Below are positions 39,462 through 47,868 of a stretch of 59,668 nt of DNA, piece by piece (within the stretch, counting starts at the first letter, position 1; each line of letters starts with the position of its first letter). The notes beneath the pieces are model-generated. The model did no database searches. It had not been told where the DNA came from and saw only the letters and a list, made by a program, of their open reading frames with translations. This DNA comes from Pseudomonadota bacterium. GTDB lineage: Bacteria > Myxococcota_A > UBA9042. Location: assembly GCA_041163625.1 (NCBI GenBank), contig JBEARB010000120.1, positions 1 through 59,668 on the forward strand, read 5' to 3'. Made by a program: the position numbers and the translations under genes.

Positions 39462-39640
39462 GATTCGGACGTTCCCTCCTCGAAACGAGCGCTTCTGGGT
39501 GAGCCTCCGCGCGTCGGTGCGGGACGCCGGGGCCATGTTCGAGGATGCAGACTGGTCGGGAGCTACGCAAGTTTCGAACCGTGAACTTTGCAGCCTGCCC
39601 GGGCGTTCGTAGCGTGGGAGCAGGAGGGGAGGAGGCCATC

Positions 39641-40294
39641 ATGACCGTCAGCCGACCGATACGCCTCGCTCTCGCTCTCCTCGGTGTCGGCGCGCTCGTG
39701 GCCGGCGCGCTCACGCTGGACCCCGCGCAGCAGCTCGAACCCCGAAAAGTCGAGGTACCCGCGAACGCCGCGCGCCGCAGCGGGCTCGGTCGCTTCGTCG
39801 TGACGGCCCGGTGGGGTCGGACCGACGGTGCCCGCGCGACGGCGCCGGATCGGCGCGACGCTGCCGTCGCCCGGCGGTGGGACGGCGAGCTGCGTATCGA
39901 CTGCGGCACGATCGAGTCGGCCGTGCCGCTGGGCATGGAGCGCGCCGAGCGGCCGTCCGACGGAGAAGACGACGCCGACGTCGACGCCGTGCGGGTCGAG
40001 GGCAAAGGCGCCGCCCTGCCCTTCCGGTCGACGACCCGCGAGGGTTGGGACGGTCTCCGCGTGGTGGTGCAGGCTTGCCGGGACGCCGGTGACGGCGGCG
40101 CGACGCTGACGCTGCAGACGGCACGGCGGCACTTCGCGGCTCGGCTCGATTGGAGCGCCGACGATTTCGTAGCCTTGCCGGTCGGCACGGCCGGCGACGC
40201 GCTCGAGGTCCACACGACCGCGGCGCTGGACCCGCACGCGAGGGACCGCAGCCGGGTGACCGAGCGCACCGGCGACGAGCTCGCGATGCGCTGA
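39641..40294 (+). CDS. Hypothetical secreted protein
   Basis: Start MTVSRPIRLALALLGVGALVAGALT (signal peptide) with GGAGGGGAGGAGG upstream. It is 217 aa and Arg/Asp/Ala-rich, and no family was recognised. It is divergent from the MepA-like gene. Confidence 0.5.
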   Translation: MTVSRPIRLALALLGVGALVAGALTLDPAQQLEPRKVEVPANAARRSGLGRFVVTARWGRTDGARATAPDRRDAAVARRWDGELRIDCGTIESAVPLGMERAERPSDGEDDADVDAVRVEGKGAALPFRSTTREGWDGLRVVVQACRDAGDGGATLTLQTARRHFAARLDWSADDFVALPVGTAGDALEVHTTAALDPHARDRSRVTERTGDELAMR

Positions 40295-40300
40295 AGCGGT

Positions 40301-41902
40301 CTACTTCTCGGGCGGCGGCGGGATGTCCTTCTTGACGGGACGTGCGGACGCCTCGGCGGCAGCGCTCGCCTGCGCTTCGGTGGCGGTCTTGCCGTCGCGG
40401 TCGACCAGGCGGCCGAGCGCGTCGGGCATCTCCACGCCGCCGATGTCGCGCATCATGTGCAGAACCGGCGGGACCGCGCCGGCCAAGCTCTGCAGGAAGT
40501 TGGCGGTGCTGCCCTTGCCGTCCTGACCGCCGCCTTCCCAGACGGTGATCTTGTCGAACTTGATGTTCTGGATGGCCTTGGCGCTCTGCTCGGCGAGGTG
40601 GTCCATGTGCTCGAGCATGAGCAACTGGAAGGCCTGGTTCGCGCCGCCCGAGGCGTCGACGATGGCGCGCAGACCTTCACCCTTCTGGCGCAAGATCTCG
40701 TATTGACCGCGCGCTTCGGCCTCGAGTCGGGCGAAGTTCGCGGCCGCTTCGGCCTCGGCGTCGATGCGCTTCTTGGCGGCTTCGGCCTCGGCCTCGACGA
40801 TGATGCGGGCCTTCTCGGCCTTGGCGACCGCCTCGACCTCGGCGCGCTTCTCGGCCTCGATCTTGTGCGCGAGCTCGAGCGCGGCCTTCGCCTCGGCGCG
40901 GTACTGCGCTTCCTTGACCGAGGCCTCGGCCTCGCGGCGGCGGGTCTCGGCGCGCTGCATCGCGTCGGCCTTCTCGACCTCGAGGGTCGCGTTGACCGAG
41001 GCGATCTTGCCCTTCGCGACGTTCTCACCCTCGGTGGCGGCGGCTTCGGCATCGGCGACGCGGACGCGCTTGTCGCGCTCGGCTTCCTTGACCTGCGCCT
41101 CGCGCTCGAGGGCGGCTTGCTGCTCACCGACGATCCGATCACGCTCGAGCTGGGCGACCTTGATGTCCTGCGTCTGGCGGGCTTCGGTCACGCCGATCTG
41201 GCGGTCGCGCTCGGCGTTGGCGACGTCCTTGGCGCGGTCGCGCTCGGCCTCGGCGACACCGATGGCGCCGCGCTTCTGCTGCTGCGCCACGTCGATGACG
41301 GCCTGCTGGATGGCCTCGGCGGCGGCCTTGCGACCGATCGCCTCGATGTAGCCCGACTCGTCGGTGATGTCGGTGATGTTCACGTTGATCAGCACCAGAC
41401 CGATCTTTCGCAGCTCGGGCTCGAGGCCCTCTTGGATGCTGTGGCGGAAGGTGTCGCGGTCGCGGTTGATGTTCTCGATCTCGAGGCTGGCGATGACCTG
41501 GCGCATCTGGCCGAAGATGATGTCGCGCGCCTGCTCCATGATCTGCTGGCGCGAGAGACCGAGCAGACGCACCGCGGCGTTCTGCATCACGACCGGCTCG
41601 GTGCCGATGGCGACGGTGAACACCGAGGGCACGTTGATACGGATGTTCTCCATCGAGAGCGCGCCCTTGAGCGGGATCTCGATCTGCAGCGGGTCGAGGT
41701 TGAGGTAGGCGTAGTTCTGGATCAGCGGCCAGACGAAGGCGCCACCACCGTGCAGGCATTTCGCCGACTGGCCACCGCCGACCTTACCGTAGACCACCAG
41801 GATCTGGTTGGACGGGCAGCGCCGGTAGCGCTTGATCACCAGCAGGATGAAGCTGAACAGCACCAGCGTGGCCATGATGGCCATCACCACCAAGTACTCC
41901 AT
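40301..41902 (-). CDS. floT: Flotillin-like protein (SPFH/band-7 domain, FloT/YuaG type)
   Basis: An N-terminal transmembrane helix (MEYLVVMAIMATLVLFSFILLVI) is followed by an SPFH domain, then a long EA-rich coiled-coil (AEAERDRAKDVANAERDRQIG...) and a flotillin C-terminal region. It is 533 aa. Confidence 0.85.
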   Translation of the reverse strand: MEYLVVMAIMATLVLFSFILLVIKRYRRCPSNQILVVYGKVGGGQSAKCLHGGGAFVWPLIQNYAYLNLDPLQIEIPLKGALSMENIRINVPSVFTVAIGTEPVVMQNAAVRLLGLSRQQIMEQARDIIFGQMRQVIASLEIENINRDRDTFRHSIQEGLEPELRKIGLVLINVNITDITDESGYIEAIGRKAAAEAIQQAVIDVAQQQKRGAIGVAEAERDRAKDVANAERDRQIGVTEARQTQDIKVAQLERDRIVGEQQAALEREAQVKEAERDKRVRVADAEAAATEGENVAKGKIASVNATLEVEKADAMQRAETRRREAEASVKEAQYRAEAKAALELAHKIEAEKRAEVEAVAKAEKARIIVEAEAEAAKKRIDAEAEAAANFARLEAEARGQYEILRQKGEGLRAIVDASGGANQAFQLLMLEHMDHLAEQSAKAIQNIKFDKITVWEGGGQDGKGSTANFLQSLAGAVPPVLHMMRDIGGVEMPDALGRLVDRDGKTATEAQASAAAEASARPVKKDIPPPPEK

Positions 41903-41944
41903 CGTTCGTCCTCCCGATCCCTGCGCCGCGCCGTCGCGGACGCG

Positions 41945-42490
41945 CTAGGCCTTGATGATTTCGAAGGTCTCGCCCTCGACGCGGCGCACCACTTCGACCG
42001 CCGCGCCGGTCGGGATCTCCGCGCCGGGCGTGGTGGCAGAGAGCTCGAGCTCGCGGCCGTCGACTTCGACCGTGATCTTGCCGGCGCCGCCGTTGCTCGC
42101 CGGCACCCGCAGGTACACGCGCGCCGTGCGGCCGACGACCTTGTCCAGATCGACGTTGCCCGAGCTCTGCAAGCGCGCGAGTCCGCGCATCAGCACGACC
42201 ACCACGGCGGCGGCCGCGGTGCCGGCCAGACCGGCGAGCACCAGCTTCAGCGGCGCGCTCTGCACCCCGAGCGCACGGACCGCCAAGCCCGTCAGGCCGA
42301 AGAACGCGATGAACGCCGAGAGTGACTTGAACGAGAGCACGCCGAAGAAGAAGTTCCCTTCGCCCTCGTGGACTTCGACGTCGGCGTCGAGGTGCACGTC
42401 GTCGCCACCCATGCCGAGCAGCTGCAGCGCGATCTGGACGAGCAGCGCCGTGCATCCAACGGCGGCAGCGAGGGTGTAGACGACGTCCAT
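41945..42490 (-). CDS. nfeD: NfeD-like membrane protein (YuaF/YqeZ type, flotillin-associated; C-terminal OB-fold)
   Basis: It has two to three transmembrane helices followed by a C-terminal beta-barrel region (GRTARVYLRVPASNGGAGKITVEVDGRELELSATT). It lies immediately upstream of floT on the same strand, a known conserved pairing. Confidence 0.7.
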   Translation of the reverse strand: MDVVYTLAAAVGCTALLVQIALQLLGMGGDDVHLDADVEVHEGEGNFFFGVLSFKSLSAFIAFFGLTGLAVRALGVQSAPLKLVLAGLAGTAAAAVVVVLMRGLARLQSSGNVDLDKVVGRTARVYLRVPASNGGAGKITVEVDGRELELSATTPGAEIPTGAAVEVVRRVEGETFEIIKA

Positions 42491-42551
42491 GGCGAGCTCC
42501 TTGGGCCCCTATCGTACCCCAGGAGCCACGCGCTGCAACCGGCGCGCGATG

Positions 42552-43020
42552 CTACTGGAGCGTCTTGACGTGGAGCAGGTTCGAGACGCCCTCGCCGGTC
42601 TGCGCGAAGTCGCGTTGGCCCCAGCACCAGAACTCGCCATTGCCGCGCCGCGCGCAGAACGAACGGCCACCACCTTGGATCTCGACCGCGCCGGTCAGCC
42701 CCGTGACGGCATACGGTTGGTCCTGCCGAGGTGCTGTTGCCCCAACACTTGACCTCACCGGTCGCCAGCACGGCGCAGAAGCTGCTCCCCGGGCCGTTGT
42801 TGATCGCCTCGGAGTCGGTGGCCGCGATCGCGACCGCTCCGCTGATCCCCACGACCTTGAGCGGCTGGGTGCTCGACGACACCGAGGACTTGGCGCCCAG
42901 GTAGATGCCGGACGCGCCGCCGTTGGTGCCCCAACAGTAGACCGAGCCACCTTGGTCCACGACGGCGCAGGCGGTGCGTTGCGTCATCGCGAGGCTGTTG
43001 GCCGACGTACCCGCCGGCAT
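42552..43020 (-). pseudogene. RCC1-repeat (beta-propeller blade) gene remnant, frameshifted and truncated (about 3 blades)
   Basis: Two minus-strand frames each carry RCC1-like blades. Frame 1 (43020 to about 42700) reads ...GGSVYCWGTNGGASG...SFCAVLATGEVKCWGNSTSAG. Frame 2 (about 42740 to 42552) reads ...PYAVTGLTGAVEIQGGGRSFCARRGNGEFWCWGQRDFAQTGEG...*. The frames switch within gcaggaccaaccg (about 42725-42740). The total is far shorter than the 7-bladed RCC1 fold. Confidence 0.4.
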
Positions 43021-43214
43021 GACGATCTTCTGCGGCTGGGCGAACGACGAGCCGGAACTCTGGCCGCATTGGTAGGAGCTGTTGTCGCCCCCAACACCAG
43101 ACGAAGCCGGACCCGGCGACGGCGCACGAGCCAGGTACGAACTCTCACTCCGCGGCCTTGTCCATCCCCCCTGCCCCCTTGGAAGGCGGCCACGAATGCG
43201 CTACTCCTCGGCGC

Positions 43215-44576
43215 ATGATCGAGGTGCGCTTCGTCGACGGAACCCTGGAGCTGCGCGGCGACGCACCGCCCGAGCTGGTGCCGCCGGCCTTTCGCTTTGA
43301 CCGCCGCACGGGCTGCCTGCGCGCCCCTGCGGCGGCCTACGCCGAGGTCGCGCTGGCCCTGCACCGCGCCGGCGTGCCCTTCGAAGACCGCGCCCGGCGT
43401 TGGCAGCGCACGCCGTGGCCGCTGGCCCAGTCGCGCACGCCGCGCCCGTACCAGACCGAGGCGTTGCAGGCGTGGCAGTCAGCTGGCCGTCAAGGCGTGG
43501 TCGTCTTGCCGACCGGCGCGGGCAAGAGCTGGGTCGCGGTGCTGTGCATCGCCGACGCTGCGCGGCCGACGCTGGTGGTGGCGCCGACGCTCGACATGGT
43601 GCGCCAATGGCACGACCTGCTGCAGCAGGCGTTCGGCTGCGAGGTCGGCGTGGTCGGCGGTGGCGAACACACCGTGCTGCCGCTGACGGTCACGACCTAC
43701 GACTCGGCGTGGGCGCACATGCGCCACCTCGGCGCGCGCTTCGGTCTGGTGGTGTTCGACGAGGTCCATCACCTGCCGGGCGCGAGCTACGCCGCCGCCG
43801 CCGAGATGGCGATGGCCCCCTTCCGGCTCGGGCTGACGGCGACACCCGAGCGGACCGACGGCGGCGAATCTCGCTACGACGCGCTGGTCGGTCCGCTCGT
43901 GCACCGGGCGGAGATCGTGGAGATGTCGGGCCAATGGCTGGCCGACTACGACACCGATCGCATCGTCGTGGAGATGGACGAGGACGAACGCGCCGACTAC
44001 GAGCTCTGCCGCGAGCACTACCGGGGGTTCGTCCGCGCCGCCGGCATTCGCCTCGGAGAACCCGGCGGTTTCGCGCGCTTCCTGCGCTTGGCCGGGACCT
44101 CGGTCGAGGGCCGCGAGGCCTTGGCCGCCTATCGCCGGCAGCGCCGGTTGGCGCTCTCGTCGCGGGCCAAGCTGCGCCTGCTCGGAGCGTTGCTCGACCG
44201 CCACAAGGACGATCCGACCATCGTCTTCACCGACGACAACGCCACCGCGCACGGCATCGCGCTCGCCTTCTTGCTGCCGGTGATCACGCACCAGACCAAG
44301 GTCCGAGAGCGCAGCAGCATCCTCGGCGGGCTGCGCGCGGGACGCTTCGGCGCGGTGGTGACCAGCCGGGTGCTCAACGAAGGCGTGGACGTCCCCGAGG
44401 CGAGCGTCGCCATCGTCGTCTCGGGCTCGGGCACGGTGCGCGAGCACGTGCAGCGGCTCGGCCGCGTGCTGCGCAAGGCCGAGGGCAAGCGGGCGAAGCT
44501 GTACGAGTTGGTGAGCGCGGAGACGAGCGAGACTTTCACGTCCGACCGGCGGAGGGACCACGTTGCTTACCGCTGA
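43215..44576 (+). CDS. xpb: XPB/Rad25-type SF2 DNA helicase (ERCC3-like) with an N-terminal damage-recognition-like domain
   Basis: Start MIEVRFVDGTLELRGDAPPELVPPAFRFDRRTGCLRAPAAAY (XPB N-terminal domain). SF2 motifs are present: RPYQTEA (Q/Ia), VVLPTGAGKS (I), VVFDEVHHLP (II, DEVH), LGLTATPER (III), and C-terminal RecA2 motifs (VTSRVLNEGVDVPE, QRLGRVLR). Confidence 0.75.
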   Translation: MIEVRFVDGTLELRGDAPPELVPPAFRFDRRTGCLRAPAAAYAEVALALHRAGVPFEDRARRWQRTPWPLAQSRTPRPYQTEALQAWQSAGRQGVVVLPTGAGKSWVAVLCIADAARPTLVVAPTLDMVRQWHDLLQQAFGCEVGVVGGGEHTVLPLTVTTYDSAWAHMRHLGARFGLVVFDEVHHLPGASYAAAAEMAMAPFRLGLTATPERTDGGESRYDALVGPLVHRAEIVEMSGQWLADYDTDRIVVEMDEDERADYELCREHYRGFVRAAGIRLGEPGGFARFLRLAGTSVEGREALAAYRRQRRLALSSRAKLRLLGALLDRHKDDPTIVFTDDNATAHGIALAFLLPVITHQTKVRERSSILGGLRAGRFGAVVTSRVLNEGVDVPEASVAIVVSGSGTVREHVQRLGRVLRKAEGKRAKLYELVSAETSETFTSDRRRDHVAYR

Positions 44577-45795
44577 GTTGGTACCGGCGCGGCGCCGCGG
44601 CGACGAGTTGCTGCTGCCCAAGACCTCCAAGGCGCGTCGCGAGCGCATCGCGGCGCTCGGCGAGGAGATCTTGGGACTGCTCGGCGCGATGCAGGGCGAG
44701 TGCCGCGACGACGTCGTCGCCGAGCTCGAGGCCATCGACGTCGCACCGCGCGAGATCAAGCTCCTGCGCGGCCTGGCCAAGCTCGCGCTCGACGCTTGCC
44801 GCTTCGAAGCCGAGGAGGGCGACGACCCTGTCGCGCTGCGCGACGCGCTGTTCGCAGCTTCGACCCTCGCCCGCCGCGCCGGCAGCTGGGACCGTGACCG
44901 CCTGATCGCCGAGGTCGCCGCCACCCGCGGCCTCGAGCCGGCGCGGCTGCAGCGCTTGTTGTTCTCGGATTTGCGCGGCACGCACCTGCTCGCCGAGGCC
45001 CCAGACGAGACGGCCGAGCAGCTCGCCGCACGCTACGAGTTGGCGCTGCACCAAGCGGTCCTGCTGCGCGCGACCGGGCTGCGCGTCGAGCTGCAGTCGC
45101 GCGACGCCGGTGTGCTGCGCGAGGTCTACCGACGGCTGAAATTCCACCGCCTGATGTGGCAGGACCTCGGTGCCGAGGGCGAGAACACGCTGGCGCTGCA
45201 GGTCGACGGCCCGGCGGCGCTCTTCGCGCAATCGACGCGCTATGGGCTCGAGCTGGCGATCATGCTGCCCGTCTTTGCGCGGGCGACGCGATGGTCGATC
45301 GACGCCGAAGTCTTGTGGGGACGCGAACGGCGACCGCTGCGCTTCCGAGCCGCCGGTCGCCGCGACGCGTTCGGGGCAGACGCCGCCGCCCCGGCCCTAC
45401 CCGACGAGCTGATTCGGCTGCTCGAGGGGCTGCAGCGGCACGCGCCGCGATGGCAATGCGAAGCGGCGACCCGCAGCTTCGACGTCCCGGGGCTCGGCGT
45501 GATGCTGCCCGACGTCCGCCTGCGTCGCGACGACGGGGCCGAGGTCTGGCTCGAGATTCTCGGCTATTGGAGCCGGGAGGCCGTGTTCCGGCGGGTGGAC
45601 TTGGTCCGCGCCGGCGTCGACGCGCCGGTACTCTTCGCGTTCTCGGACCGACTGCGCGTCGATCCCGACGTGCTGCCGATGGAAGAAGGTGGGGCCCTGC
45701 TGGCGTTCAAGGGCGTGCTCTCGGCGCGGCGCGTCATCGACGCGGCCGACGCGCTGCTGCAACACGCGGATGCGACGGCGGCGCGCACGCGATAG
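44563..45795 (+). CDS. bax1: DUF790/Bax1-family nuclease-like protein (XPB partner)
   Basis: A TTG start overlaps the xpb stop region by 14 bp. The 410-aa protein sits directly downstream of an XPB helicase, as in archaeal XPB-Bax1 pairs. No other family was recognised by eye. The call rests mainly on synteny and size, so confidence is moderate. Confidence 0.55.
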   Translation: MLTAELVPARRRGDELLLPKTSKARRERIAALGEEILGLLGAMQGECRDDVVAELEAIDVAPREIKLLRGLAKLALDACRFEAEEGDDPVALRDALFAASTLARRAGSWDRDRLIAEVAATRGLEPARLQRLLFSDLRGTHLLAEAPDETAEQLAARYELALHQAVLLRATGLRVELQSRDAGVLREVYRRLKFHRLMWQDLGAEGENTLALQVDGPAALFAQSTRYGLELAIMLPVFARATRWSIDAEVLWGRERRPLRFRAAGRRDAFGADAAAPALPDELIRLLEGLQRHAPRWQCEAATRSFDVPGLGVMLPDVRLRRDDGAEVWLEILGYWSREAVFRRVDLVRAGVDAPVLFAFSDRLRVDPDVLPMEEGGALLAFKGVLSARRVIDAADALLQHADATAARTR

Positions 45796-45828
45796 ACTCT
45801 CGAACGCGCCCGCCCATGGGTCGCGGAG

Positions 45829-46905
45829 GTGCCCATGCGAACGCTTCATCCCCCTGCGCGGGTCCATCATGCCGGCCCGCGCGCGCTCGCTGCCGTCTTG
45901 GCGCTCGGTCTGCTCGGCTGTTCGGGCCCGCAGCAGACCGCCGGCGACAGCCGCGCCGAGCGGCGGGCACGCCGCGCCTCGGCACGCGTCCGCGGGCCGG
46001 GCGACGGAGCGGGCGGCAGCGGGACCGCGGCCGCGCCGACGGGCACCGCGCCGGCCGCGAGCGGCAAGGCCCCTGCGGCCATCGCCTCGCGGCATCCGAT
46101 CATGCTGAACCCGCCTTCGACGCCGGGCGAGCGCTCGCGCGAGCGGAGCGAGGTGCGCTTCAGCAACGAGCAGTTCGTGCGCGTCGACGGCAACGAGATC
46201 GCGCACAAGAAGTCGGACGTCATCGTCCGCTTCGAGGGCGACGCCCGCGTGGTCGAGGTCGACGCCGATGGTGTGCCCGTGGTCACCGAGTACACCGTCG
46301 TCACCGCCGTCGCCGACGTCGAAGGCGCGACCCGCGACATCGCACAGAAGGGCGACGTCGTCGTCGTGCGCCGCAAGGGCCCCGAGCCCCGCATCGAGGG
46401 CCCGGCCGGACCCTACAAAGGTCCGGACGGCGCGGCGATGGAGCTCCTGTTCACGACCTCGGACCCGGGCGTCTCCGAGGATCGCGTCTTCGGCACCTCG
46501 CGGATGTGCGAGGTCGGTGACTCGTGGCCGATCGACGCCAGCGCGGCGGCGCAGGACCTCTCGGCCGGCGGCAAGATCCGCGTCGACTCCAGCAACGTCA
46601 GCGGGCAGACCACGCTCGTCGCGGCCCGCTCGTGCGGCCAGGGCCAGACCTGCTTGACCGTCCGCAGTGAGATGGACGTCGGCAGCTTCGAGCTCACCGG
46701 CACGCCGCCGGGCGCGACACTGCGGGACAGCGGGAGCCGCGTCCGCATCGAGCAGACCCATCCGGTCAAGGTCCGCAGCCACCGCGCCGAGGGCAAGCTC
46801 GACATGTTGATCCACACCGTCATCGGCATGACCCGCGACGACAAGGACGTCGAGCTCGAGACCCGCATCCACACCGTGCAGACGGCGATCAGCGAGCCGC
46901 GCTAG
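45829..46905 (+). CDS. Hypothetical lipoprotein
   Basis: Lipobox LALGLLGCSG. A Gly/Ala/Pro-rich linker is followed by a beta-rich C-terminal domain (IVRFEGDARVVEVDADGVPVVTEYTVVTAV...). It is 358 aa. Confidence 0.6.
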   Translation: MPMRTLHPPARVHHAGPRALAAVLALGLLGCSGPQQTAGDSRAERRARRASARVRGPGDGAGGSGTAAAPTGTAPAASGKAPAAIASRHPIMLNPPSTPGERSRERSEVRFSNEQFVRVDGNEIAHKKSDVIVRFEGDARVVEVDADGVPVVTEYTVVTAVADVEGATRDIAQKGDVVVVRRKGPEPRIEGPAGPYKGPDGAAMELLFTTSDPGVSEDRVFGTSRMCEVGDSWPIDASAAAQDLSAGGKIRVDSSNVSGQTTLVAARSCGQGQTCLTVRSEMDVGSFELTGTPPGATLRDSGSRVRIEQTHPVKVRSHRAEGKLDMLIHTVIGMTRDDKDVELETRIHTVQTAISEPR

Positions 46906-47843
46906 GCGACACGACGCATCTCCGCCGCCCGCACGACGTGCGGCCCCTTGTTGAGCATCACGCATTCGGCCTGAACCGCGACCGAAGCGTCGGTGATTGC
47001 GGCGCGCGAGGAGACGCCGTCGTGGGCGAGCGCGTCGAGCACCTGCGTCGCCCAGATGACGGGCAGCGACGCCGCCTCGGCGAACCACATGATCTCTTGC
47101 TGCAGCTCGCTCAGCCGCTCGTACCCGACCTCGACCGAGAGGTCGCCGCGAGCGATCATCACGCCGGCAGCGGGATGCCGCAGTGTCTCGAACAAGATCG
47201 CCGGGAGGTTGCGCAGCGCTTCGGCCGTCTCGAGCTTGACCACCAGCGCCGGCAGCGGCCGTCGCTGACGGGCGCCTTCGGCCTGCAGCGCCTCGCGAGC
47301 GGCGGCAACGTCCGCCGCGTCACGGACGAACGAGAGCCCGACTGCGTCTGCGGACTCCACCACGACCGGTAGCGCTTCCCGATCGCGCGGGACCAACGCC
47401 TCGGCCCGCAGGCCGCCGTCGGGGAAGTTGACGCCCTTGTCGGCGCGCACTCGCACGCTCTCGCCCGAGGTTCGATGGATTCGCAGCAGGCGGCCGTCGT
47501 CGCGGACCTCACCCTCGCGCAGCAGCCCGAACCGCGCGTGGCTCACCGCCCCGTCAGCGCCGATGGTCGCCGGCTCGCCGAGTTCGGGCCCGAAGGCGAG
47601 TTCGACGACGTCGCCGACGCGGAGGCGGACGCGCCCCGCGGTCGGCGGGATGCCGGAGATCTCGGCGCTCTCGAGCCAATGCTCGTCGCGCGTCCAGTGC
47701 AGGGCGAGCCACGGCGGCCGCGTACGCAAGGACGGATGTCGGTCGCGGCCGCCGCTCTCGTGGCCCGCGCCCCGCGTCACGCGCTCCGAAACGCGCAGGG
47801 CGCGGCCTCCCCGAGAGAGACCGCGCCCCGTTTGTCGCGTCAC
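46902..47843 (-). CDS. Pyruvate kinase-like barrel protein, N-terminally truncated and lacking the C-terminal regulatory domain (degenerate paralog or pseudogene)
   Basis: The C-terminal two thirds align with the pyruvate kinase B-domain and second half of the A-domain: KGVNFPDGGLRAEALVPRDREAL, VGLSFVRDAADVAAARE, VKLETAEALRNLPAILFE, VMIARGDLSVEVGYERL, SLPVIWATQVLDALAHDGVSSRAAITDASVAVQAECVMLNKGP. The N-terminal 45 aa are Arg-rich. The PEP/K+-binding first strands (TKIVCTIGP, RLNFSHG) are absent because a stop lies 25 bp upstream. Confidence 0.5.
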   Translation of the reverse strand: MTRQTGRGLSRGGRALRVSERVTRGAGHESGGRDRHPSLRTRPPWLALHWTRDEHWLESAEISGIPPTAGRVRLRVGDVVELAFGPELGEPATIGADGAVSHARFGLLREGEVRDDGRLLRIHRTSGESVRVRADKGVNFPDGGLRAEALVPRDREALPVVVESADAVGLSFVRDAADVAAAREALQAEGARQRRPLPALVVKLETAEALRNLPAILFETLRHPAAGVMIARGDLSVEVGYERLSELQQEIMWFAEAASLPVIWATQVLDALAHDGVSSRAAITDASVAVQAECVMLNKGPHVVRAAEMRRVA

Positions 47844-47868
47844 GCCGCTGCCGCGGCGCCCCGGCCCG

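Noticed and set aside
36114-39584. 1156-aa plus-strand ORF spanning three genes, and the 532-aa ORF at 35671..37269
   Set aside because: The translation is an extreme Arg/Cys/Pro-rich artefact of high GC. It overlaps the well-supported minus-strand Cys-repeat lipoprotein and MepA-like genes.
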